Positions 8,196-14,516 of a stretch of DNA of 64,000 bases are shown one piece after another. Source of the DNA: a virus. The stretch spans positions 1 through 64,000 of IMG/VR virus record IMGVR_UViG_3300033053_000017; one strand, given 5' to 3'. The position numbers and the translations under genes were made by a program. Positions within the stretch are counted from its first letter, which is position 1, and the number at the start of each line of letters is the position of its first letter. The notes below the pieces were generated by a model. That model searched no databases and was not told the DNA's origin. It saw nothing but the letters and a program-made list of their open reading frames with translations.

Positions 8196-8896
8196 TCTTC
8201 ATCGCCTCCGCTTATAATTTCTATATTTTCAAACTCAAAGTATTTTCTAAGATGTATTTCAATTAAAACCAAAAACTTGTTTTCAATCATTCCCTTTACA
8301 AAGTCATTAGGACATTGAATTATGATCTTATTTTCATTTTGGCTTATATCCAGGACATTAATAAAAGAATAAAAACCTATTTCTGAATTTCTCTCTATCA
8401 TATCAGCTTTTATAGAATTAAAAAACTTATCTAGGTCATTAGGGGAGAGAGAGGCTTCTCTATTCTTCCTCTTAGTATTATTAGAGTTAGTATTATTAGA
8501 GTTAGTATTATTATATATACCCCCTTTTCCATTACCTGCGTCCCCCATATCTGAATTATCCATAGTACGGGTATTCAGTACATGGCTTTCATCTAATAAT
8601 TCATATTCATAGTGGAAAATACCTTTCTCATTTTTTAACTTATATTGCACTAAATACCCCTTGTCTTTAAGTTCTTTCCATGTTGAATTGAAAGAATCTC
8701 TACCTTCTGAACAATCTTTTTTTAATTTGTTTTTATATAGAATATAATTTTCCATGGTTATATAAGATTGAATTAAAGCATACAAACCCTTTGCTTTTAA
8801 ACTTAAACCCGGATCTCTTAAAGCCTCATTGCTAACCTGAGCAAAATAAACCTTCTTTTTTCTAAAAGCTCCGTTATCATTCAAATTACCATTCAC
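8192..8896 (-). CDS. Plasmid/phage-type replication initiator (winged-HTH N-domain plus DnaA-N-like C-domain)
   Basis: N-terminal FAQVSNEALRDPGLSLKAKGLYALIQSY is typical of Firmicute Rep/DnaD-like initiators. The C-terminal SFINVLDISQNENKIIIQCPNDFVKGMIENKF resembles the DnaA N-terminal domain. An RHH gene lies upstream. Confidence 0.55.
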   Translation of the reverse strand: MNGNLNDNGAFRKKKVYFAQVSNEALRDPGLSLKAKGLYALIQSYITMENYILYKNKLKKDCSEGRDSFNSTWKELKDKGYLVQYKLKNEKGIFHYEYELLDESHVLNTRTMDNSDMGDAGNGKGGIYNNTNSNNTNSNNTKRKNREASLSPNDLDKFFNSIKADMIERNSEIGFYSFINVLDISQNENKIIIQCPNDFVKGMIENKFLVLIEIHLRKYFEFENIEIISGGDEE

Positions 8897-8987
8897 TTCC
8901 TTTGAATATTTCTATAAAATCGTAGTATACTAATAGTACATATAAATTTTAATATCCCTTTTGTTTTCCGGTGAAGCAAACACCGGT

Positions 8988-9137
8988 TTATTTTTTTACC
9001 TCCTTTCCGTACTTTTTAAATAAATCCTCTAGGGCTTCATCTACTAGCCTAGCCATAGGTATTCTGGTTTCTTTTGCTAGTTCTTCTATAGCTGTTTTGT
9101 AAGTATCTTCAGTCATTGTGTTGAATTTTATTCTCAT
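8988..9137 (-). CDS. Ribbon-helix-helix (CopG-like) protein upstream of rep
   Basis: 49 aa MRIKFNTMTEDTYKTAIEELAKETRIPMARLVDEALEDLFKKYGKEVKK. GGGAGGTGA SD. Below the track cutoff. Confidence 0.55.
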   Translation of the reverse strand: MRIKFNTMTEDTYKTAIEELAKETRIPMARLVDEALEDLFKKYGKEVKK

Positions 9138-9158
9138 TTATTCACCTCCCTTAAACTT

Positions 9159-9188
9159 ATTATATCATGATAATTCATGATTATGCAA
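9159..9188 (-). promoter_or_regulatory. Promoter/operator of the RHH-rep operon
   Basis: Minus strand TTGCAT, 18 nt, TGATATAAT. The spacer carries direct repeats TCATGAT(A/T)A at 9165-9173 and 9175-9183. Confidence 0.55.
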
Positions 9189-9219
9189 CACCTATTTAGA
9201 AATATTTTCAAATAATTAT

Positions 9220-9339
9220 TTGCAACAAGATATAACTTGATGTACAATATAATTGTTAAGTAATCGTGGCAAATTCGACAAGTCAAATTCCCTAGTTAAT
9301 TAAGAAAGAGGCCTGCTTATATCCAGGGGCTTCTTTTTT
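9220..9339 (+). ncRNA. sRNA cassette A (own promoter and terminator)
   Basis: TTGCAA (9220-9225), 17 nt, TACAAT (9243-9248). The transcript is about 85 nt and ends in a bulged hairpin 9305-9333 plus T6 (9334-9339). No ORF. Confidence 0.45.
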
Positions 9340-9341
9340 AT

Positions 9342-9455
9342 TTGCAATTGTAAATATTTTGCTTTATAATAATCTTGTGTTTATGTTTATATTTGTTTTT
9401 CAATAATCACTAACCCTTTACTCGAAAGAAGTAGCTTGCAGACTGCTTCTTTTTT
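9342..9455 (+). ncRNA. sRNA cassette B (own promoter and terminator)
   Basis: TTGCAA (9342-9347), 17 nt, TATAAT (9365-9370). Hairpin 9427-9450 plus a T-run to 9455. Confidence 0.45.
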
Positions 9456-9457
9456 AT

Positions 9458-9593
9458 TTGCAATTATTTTCCTTTAGGTATATAATGTAAATATATTTAT
9501 ATTTATAAGGCTCATTTATCAATTCTCAACTCATTTGACAAATACATATTCCCTAGCCAAAAGGAAGTCGATAATGCCTAGACTTCCTTTTTT
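9458..9593 (+). ncRNA. sRNA cassette C (own promoter and terminator)
   Basis: TTGCAA (9458-9463), 17 nt, TATAAT (9481-9486). A 9-bp hairpin 9561-9569/9581-9589 plus a T-run to 9593. Confidence 0.45.
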
Positions 9594-9636
9594 ATTTGAA
9601 TTATAATTAAAATATCAAATACATAGAGGTTTGATA

Positions 9637-9696
9637 TGAGGTAACAACATGGAGCTATGCTGTGACATAGTGTGGGTTCAAGTCCTACTATCTCAT
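9637..9696 (+). ncRNA. tRNA-like element lacking a D-arm (acceptor stem, one hairpin, canonical T-arm)
   Basis: The 7-bp acceptor TGAGGTA (9637-9643) pairs with TATCTCA (9689-9695). T-arm is GTGGG-TTCAAGT-CCTAC (9672-9688). Only 28 nt lie between, holding one hairpin (CTATG/CATAG). No encoded CCA. Confidence 0.3.
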
Positions 9697-9704
9697 ACAA
9701 GACA

Positions 9705-9726
9705 ATAGAGGGTTTTCACCCTCTAT
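9705..9726. terminator. Bidirectional terminator hairpin between the sRNA array and mob
   Basis: ATAGAGGG-TTTTCA-CCCTCTAT followed by TTTTATTT on the plus strand. It lies directly after the mob stop on the minus strand. Confidence 0.55.
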
Positions 9727-9727
9727 T

Positions 9728-10681
9728 TTATTTGCTCATAGTTTTATACCTCTTACCGCTAAAACCTCTCTTAAAAGCGTGCTTATTGTCATTCTGAAGT
9801 ACTTCCTCTTTGCCATTCATATTCTTTTTTAATTCCTCTATTATTTTCAATAAAGTTTTATTCTCCTGCTGAAGCTTTTCATTTGTTTCATCCTTCTGCC
9901 TATTCATGTGCTGGAATGATTTTAAAGTCTTATCCATGTAGTTTACTTTCATTTTAAGCATTTCTTCATGGGCCGCTTTAGCCTGTAAAGTTTGCATGTC
10001 TGTTTCTTTAGAGTTATTATTAATCCTTGCATACCAATTGCGAATGCTAACATGTTTTGCTTTGCTGTACCGGCATCCTCTCTGCATTACAGGAAAAACC
10101 TTCTGCATATGGTCTGCGTAACTATCCTGCATATCTCTTAAAGCCTGGTATCCGTTGAAATACTTATAGTTTTGCAAGGTATAGCAGCCTTTTTTCTCAT
10201 TCCATATCCGGGGTATTAAAAGGCAATGCAAATGTAATGTTGTTTCGTCATCATGGGCAAAAACCGCTCTTATATTATCTTTGAAAGTTTCCTGCAGCCA
10301 TTCCAAATTAGTGTTTTTCCATAATTCTATTTCCTGTTTTGACATGCCTTTAAAGAATTGAGGTGTAGCGGTCAATAACAATTCTCTGCCAATCACGCTG
10401 TTTTTATATATCTTTGTGTCTTTTAGATATTCTTTAGTATCTTCGTATAAATCATTGGATCCTAAAAGCTGCTCATTATATTTAAATCTCTCAGGATCCG
10501 CATTAGGTGTTTCCCTTTCTCTTTTCATATGTTTAACAAATCCTTTAATGGATGGAATTGTTTTGAACTTTTTCTCCGATACTCTGAAAATACAATAAAT
10601 GGGCATTTTGTTATTAAAAGCATAAGGCATATCTTTTCTGTATTCGTTGGTTACTTTTTCCTCTTTAAGTCTAGCATCCAT
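9728..10681 (-). CDS. mob: MobV (Mob/Pre family) relaxase
   Basis: HMKRERE matches MobM motif I (HNQRER). AHDDETTLHLHCLLIP matches the HxDE..PHxH motif III (VHNDEQTPHMHLGVVP in pMV158 MobM, recalled from memory). Confidence 0.8.
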   Translation of the reverse strand: MDARLKEEKVTNEYRKDMPYAFNNKMPIYCIFRVSEKKFKTIPSIKGFVKHMKRERETPNADPERFKYNEQLLGSNDLYEDTKEYLKDTKIYKNSVIGRELLLTATPQFFKGMSKQEIELWKNTNLEWLQETFKDNIRAVFAHDDETTLHLHCLLIPRIWNEKKGCYTLQNYKYFNGYQALRDMQDSYADHMQKVFPVMQRGCRYSKAKHVSIRNWYARINNNSKETDMQTLQAKAAHEEMLKMKVNYMDKTLKSFQHMNRQKDETNEKLQQENKTLLKIIEELKKNMNGKEEVLQNDNKHAFKRGFSGKRYKTMSK

Positions 10682-10700
10682 TTTCTCAACTCCTATTCAT

Positions 10701-11057
10701 TTAGTAAAAACTAATTATCAAGCTATTAGAAGAAGGATACATTGTATATTCCACTTCCCTATTAATAACCGAATTAAAATCAATCTTTTCGATCCCTTCC
10801 TTGTCTTTCAAATTCTTTTTAACAAAATTTACATAATTATTGATCTTTATGCTCTCCAAAAGTTCGTCTAAATCTTCATTTTCTGTAAGTTTAAATTTCA
10901 TTATAGATGGGAATATACAATTTTTTTTGCCACAAATTATTAACACATCTATATATTTCTTAAACCAATTGCAATCTTTTACAAACTTAACAAAACATTT
11001 CTTAATATCATCATTATTGGAATTGACTTTTATGTCTTTACAAAATATTCCTAACAT
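10701..11057 (-). CDS. Hypothetical protein (118 aa)
   Basis: ORF immediately upstream of mob on the same strand. Confidence 0.5.
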   Translation of the reverse strand: MLGIFCKDIKVNSNNDDIKKCFVKFVKDCNWFKKYIDVLIICGKKNCIFPSIMKFKLTENEDLDELLESIKINNYVNFVKKNLKDKEGIEKIDFNSVINREVEYTMYPSSNSLIISFY

Positions 11058-11063
11058 GAATAA

Positions 11064-11213
11064 TCATTCCTCCCTCTTTAACTGCTCCAATACTTTTTCA
11101 TACACACATTTGCTGCACTCAAAATAAACTGGACAACTATCACAACTTTCCTGACTTTCACAAAGTGATTTATACATTTCAAATAATTGTCTTACCAATT
11201 TGGTATCTACCAA
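11064..11213 (-). CDS. Small Cys-rich protein (49 aa, TTG start)
   Basis: TAAGGAGG SD 7 nt before the TTG. Contains CESQESCDSCPVYFECSKC. Below the track cutoff. Confidence 0.35.
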   Translation of the reverse strand: MVDTKLVRQLFEMYKSLCESQESCDSCPVYFECSKCVYEKVLEQLKREE

Positions 11214-11243
11214 GATTATTCCTCCTTAAAATTGATAAAAACG

Positions 11244-11277
11244 AGATATACAGGTTATAAAGATATACAGGTTATAA
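11244..11277. repeat. Perfect tandem 17-bp direct repeat (AGATATACAGGTTATAA x2) next to a nic-like motif; candidate oriT
   Basis: Read directly at 11244-11260 and 11261-11277. It is followed by ACACACTACT, whose minus-strand reading is AGTAGTGTGTTTATAAC. Confidence 0.9.
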
Positions 11278-11296
11278 ACACACTACTAAAATAATT

Positions 11297-11800
11297 TTAT
11301 TTAGCAAAACTTCTCTGATTATTATTAACTTTCCTGTTAAAATTATGCTTCACAATTTGATTCTCTTTTTTAATCTCGACTACTTTTTCCTTGTCTTTAT
11401 ACTTCTGGTTTTCTGTTGTAAGTCTATTATTTTCAGCAGTAAGTAACTTTAGTTCATTTTTGAGCTTTTCATTTTGCTTGCTAACATTATCTACAATATG
11501 ATTAACTGTATCTATAGATTTCTGTATGCTCTTATTTTCGCTTTTAAGAGTGTTGTTTAATTGAAGCATCCTTTCATATGCTAACTTGTATTTAACGTCT
11601 TCCTTGGCTTCTGTGTTAGTTTTAAGGATATTATTTTCTTTAGCTAAGTATTCCTTTCCTGATTCTAATTCCCTGATCTTTTCATTAAGTTCATATATCT
11701 TATCAAACAGAAACTCCTTGCTTACTGCATACATATACTGAACCTTACCTTTACTGATTTGTCGTAGTAAGATATTGTTTAGCTTTTCTTTAATTGACAT
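11297..11800 (-). CDS. Coiled-coil protein (possible relaxosome accessory)
   Basis: 167 aa, heptad-rich with a basic tail. Lies between the T4CP gene and the oriT-like repeat. Confidence 0.55.
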   Translation of the reverse strand: MSIKEKLNNILLRQISKGKVQYMYAVSKEFLFDKIYELNEKIRELESGKEYLAKENNILKTNTEAKEDVKYKLAYERMLQLNNTLKSENKSIQKSIDTVNHIVDNVSKQNEKLKNELKLLTAENNRLTTENQKYKDKEKVVEIKKENQIVKHNFNRKVNNNQRSFAK

Positions 11801-11801
11801 T

Positions 11802-13256
11802 TTACTGGCCCTCCTTCATATTCTTATTTAAAAGCATTGCTTTGTCTTCATAGTATCTATACTGCTTCGCTAATATTGGTTTTAAGTTTTGGGATATAAT
11901 AAGAACTTCATCTTTTTTTAGCCTTCTAATTTCATCAGGAGTAAACACATTTTTTTTCATCTTTACAGTTCTATTGCCCTGCACTATAGGAATCTCCTTA
12001 TCACCATTTAGTGTTGTAAATTCTCTTAACATTTCTACCTCTGAATAAGCTGGTAAGATGCACTTCGTCTGCATAGCATTTAAAATTGATCTAGTTCCAT
12101 TCCTTCCGTATACATCAATCAACGCTGAAACAGATTGTAGGACAAGTAGGAAAGCATAATTTGACTCTCTTGAACTATTTACTGTTTGTGCTAAGGTTGG
12201 TATTCTGCCTAGGTTTTGCGCTTCGTCTAAAAGCCAAACAATGTTATTTTTATTGTTATCATAATACTTTTTACATTTTTCTATTAATTGGGTATACATG
12301 ATGCTCATTAATGGGGAAAGATAGTTTGAATCTTCAGGGAAGTATTTAATGTAAAGAGAAACCCTTTCATCTCTTAACATTTTATAATTAAAGTCTGAAT
12401 AGCTTGTTTTAGATGCTATCTGAGGGTCAAGCCAAAACTTTGTATTTGTTGCTAGTGTACTTAATATAGATGTTAATGGTCCACCACTGCTGTCTTCATC
12501 CTGTGGAACTGACATATTGAAAATGTTGAATTGTTTTACAACATTTTGATTTTTAGAATTACCAAATACTATTTCTATGTCTTCTGGTTCATTACTAATT
12601 AAAAAATCCACCGCTTCAGATATTGTGTTGTGTGGCCTTTTTAAATCTTTATGATAAAACAAGCTTGCCGCTAAAAGTGCTGTAGCTGCTTGAATCCAAA
12701 AAGCATCATTGCTGCTAAAACTTCCACCGCCATTACCTGAATCCAGTTTGATTGCTAGTGTTCCAGACATAAGAATGTCTTTTGCTAGTTTCTCTACTTC
12801 TGAATAAGTTTCTGCCCATTCTAAAGGGTTATAATGTCCATGTGTGCCTAGCGGTTCAAATAAAAATATTTTTCTGCCTATGCTTTTTTGATAACATGAT
12901 GTGTCTCTCCATAGTTCTCCTTTAGAATCATTGATTACTATGCTTGTATTTATAGGAAAATGATTAATTAGAAGCTGAGTATACACAAACGGAGTAGTTT
13001 TGTGCTGCCCTGGAGGGCCTATAACAATTACATTTTGCAATGAAGATTTCCAACTTAATTGATATTTTTTACCGATTTTATTTTTTCCAATTATAAAACC
13101 ATCTTTGCCTTTAATGTCTTCTAAGTCATTAGTAACTCCACCTGTAGCACTCTTAGTTCTACCTTCAAAAACAATTGGTATAGCAGCACTAGCAGCGCAA
13201 AAAGCCATCCCAGCGTAAAAAACCTTGTTTATTAATTCCATATCTAATCCATACAT
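11802..13256 (-). CDS. Type IV coupling protein (TraG/TraD/VirD4 family)
   Basis: N-terminal TM segment, Walker A GPPGQHKTT, and WLLDEAQNLGRIP...LLVLQSVSALIDVYG, which matches the TraG-D_C / TraM-recognition region. Confidence 0.8.
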   Translation of the reverse strand: MYGLDMELINKVFYAGMAFCAASAAIPIVFEGRTKSATGGVTNDLEDIKGKDGFIIGKNKIGKKYQLSWKSSLQNVIVIGPPGQHKTTPFVYTQLLINHFPINTSIVINDSKGELWRDTSCYQKSIGRKIFLFEPLGTHGHYNPLEWAETYSEVEKLAKDILMSGTLAIKLDSGNGGGSFSSNDAFWIQAATALLAASLFYHKDLKRPHNTISEAVDFLISNEPEDIEIVFGNSKNQNVVKQFNIFNMSVPQDEDSSGGPLTSILSTLATNTKFWLDPQIASKTSYSDFNYKMLRDERVSLYIKYFPEDSNYLSPLMSIMYTQLIEKCKKYYDNNKNNIVWLLDEAQNLGRIPTLAQTVNSSRESNYAFLLVLQSVSALIDVYGRNGTRSILNAMQTKCILPAYSEVEMLREFTTLNGDKEIPIVQGNRTVKMKKNVFTPDEIRRLKKDEVLIISQNLKPILAKQYRYYEDKAMLLNKNMKEGQ

Positions 13257-13347
13257 ATAAACACTCCATTTAATTATTTTTTATGAATAATAAATTATGT
13301 ACTGGGCATAATAATAGTATCGAATAAAACAAAAGGAGATGATTTTT

Positions 13348-13416
13348 ATGTATATAATCGTAGCCGGAGGATTATTAACTTATGCCGGATATTGTATATA
13401 TCAAATTTTGATGTAG
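13348..13416 (+). CDS. Possible 22-aa hydrophobic peptide
   Basis: AAAGGAG SD 9 nt before the ATG. Sequence MYIIVAGGLLTYAGYCIYQILM. It lies antisense to the T4CP operon leader. Confidence 0.25.
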   Translation: MYIIVAGGLLTYAGYCIYQILM

Positions 13417-13483
13417 TATACTTACTACTACTTTTAATATATTCTATGATTATAGATTTAAAATTGATACAAAAATTTGCAAA

Positions 13484-13516
13484 TTAAAAACCACCAGTTA
13501 TTAATTTACTGGTGGT
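13484..13516 (-). terminator. Rho-independent terminator of the HTH gene
   Basis: 9-bp stem ACCACCAGT/ACTGGTGGT overlapping the stop, followed by UUUUUAAUUU on the minus strand. Confidence 0.6.
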
Positions 13517-13704
13517 TCATCATAGTTATATTCAATTATTTTATTTTTCTCTTTGTACCACCTATCTACATCAGCCACCACAAAAATTACGCTTCTTCCT
13601 CTCCTCTTGAAAGGCATTCCCTTCTTCATATATCTTTCTATAGTAGTACGACTAACGCTATAATATTCACACAAATCCTTAACAGTACATTCTTTCTTTT
13701 CCAT
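13501..13704 (-). CDS. Excisionase/MerR-type (HTH_17-like) DNA-binding protein
   Basis: 67 aa. CTVKDLCEYYSVSRTTIERYMKKGMPF...VDRW fits the Xis/AlpA-type winged helix. The gene is monocistronic. Confidence 0.65.
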   Translation of the reverse strand: MEKKECTVKDLCEYYSVSRTTIERYMKKGMPFKRRGRSVIFVVADVDRWYKEKNKIIEYNYDEPPVN

Positions 13705-13780
13705 CTTATCGCCCCCTAATACAATATATGCAACATCTTATAAATAATTGCAAAAATAATTTTAAAAAAGTATGCAACAT

Positions 13781-13809
13781 TTAGCAATGTGATACATAGT
13801 ATGTAATAT
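13781..13809 (+). promoter_or_regulatory. Candidate promoter of the plus-strand cassette
   Basis: TTAGCA, 17 nt, TAATAT. A 10-mer TATGCAACAT is repeated at 13727-13736 and 13771-13780. Confidence 0.4.
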
Positions 13810-13841
13810 AAAGATTTAAAAATTAAAAAGGGGATATGTAA

Positions 13842-14078
13842 ATGAAAACATTCAGATTCAATAGAGAAGGGCTAAATCAATGTATGGCATATACAGATTA
13901 TAAAGAAATAGCTAAAGAGATGCTTGAAAACAACCCTCAGATACTCCCAATGGTATTAATAGGTGTATTAGGTCTGTCAATATTTTTAATAAGTCCTGGT
14001 GCATCACAAGTCGCATATAAGGCGTCCTTAGATGATACAACATCTATTATCGCATTTAAATTTTTAGGAGGTTTTTAA
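13842..14078 (+). CDS. Small membrane protein (78 aa)
   Basis: GGGGA SD and a central TM segment ILPMVLIGVLGLSIFLISPG. First gene of the only plus-strand operon. Confidence 0.55.
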   Translation: MKTFRFNREGLNQCMAYTDYKEIAKEMLENNPQILPMVLIGVLGLSIFLISPGASQVAYKASLDDTTSIIAFKFLGGF

Positions 14079-14081
14079 TAT

Positions 14082-14297
14082 ATGGATAATTTAATAAGCG
14101 GAATGATATTAGTTGAGAAAACATACGGAGATTTGCACTTGCTTTGTGCTACTCCTTATGGCTGGAAAGTGGTTGATGCAAATGGGAGTTATATCGAATT
14201 TGATCCTAGCAATTATTCAAAGGCTTATATTCCTGAAAGTTACGAAGATCCTTGGACACCATTAGCAGGCACGATAAAAGGAGGAGAAAGTATCTAA
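14082..14297 (+). CDS. Hypothetical protein (71 aa)
   Basis: Begins 3 nt after the previous stop, with an AGGAGG SD. Confidence 0.55.
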   Translation: MDNLISGMILVEKTYGDLHLLCATPYGWKVVDANGSYIEFDPSNYSKAYIPESYEDPWTPLAGTIKGGESI

Positions 14298-14497
14298 TGG
14301 AGATAACAAAATACTTGCAATTCCAAGGGAAGGAACTAGAGATTGATTCTTTAGAAAAAGAAGTTAAAGGCATATGGAAGAAACAAGGCAAGCTATTAAA
14401 AGATATAAAGGCATTGAAGTTGTATATAAAGGTTGAGGAAGGTATGTGTTACTATATAATAAATGATACTTATAATGGGAGTTTTTCAATAGAGTAG
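14297..14497 (+). CDS. Hypothetical protein (66 aa; internal start of track ORF 14252..14497)
   Basis: ATG at 14297 preceded by AGGAGG and overlapping the upstream stop (TAATG). Confidence 0.5.
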   Translation: MEITKYLQFQGKELEIDSLEKEVKGIWKKQGKLLKDIKALKLYIKVEEGMCYYIINDTYNGSFSIE

Positions 14498-14513
14498 GTT
14501 TTGAGCCTACTCT
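14491..14513. terminator. Terminator hairpin between convergent genes
   Basis: AGAGTAGG-loop-CCTACTCT followed by ATGTTATTTT on the plus strand. It lies 4 nt from the minus-strand holin stop. Confidence 0.55.
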
Positions 14514-14516
14514 ATG

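Noticed and set aside
8969-8987. The hairpin CCGGTG-AAGCAAA-CACCGG as a terminator between the RHH and rep genes.
   Set aside because: On the transcribed (minus) strand it is followed by AAAACAAAA rather than a U-tract. The T-run lies on the plus strand, where nothing is transcribed toward it. It may be a processing or attenuation element, but that is unsupported.
9220-9600. The tandem cassettes as a CRISPR array or as Rep iterons.
   Set aside because: The units are 115-135 bp, not identical, and each has its own -35/-10 and terminator. The only shared strings are promoter/terminator junctions. The spacing is far too long for iterons.
9637-9696. A canonical tRNA gene.
   Set aside because: It has no D-arm, a 6-nt rather than 7-nt loop in the only internal hairpin, no U33-type anticodon loop and a U1 start. 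It is reported only as tRNA-like.
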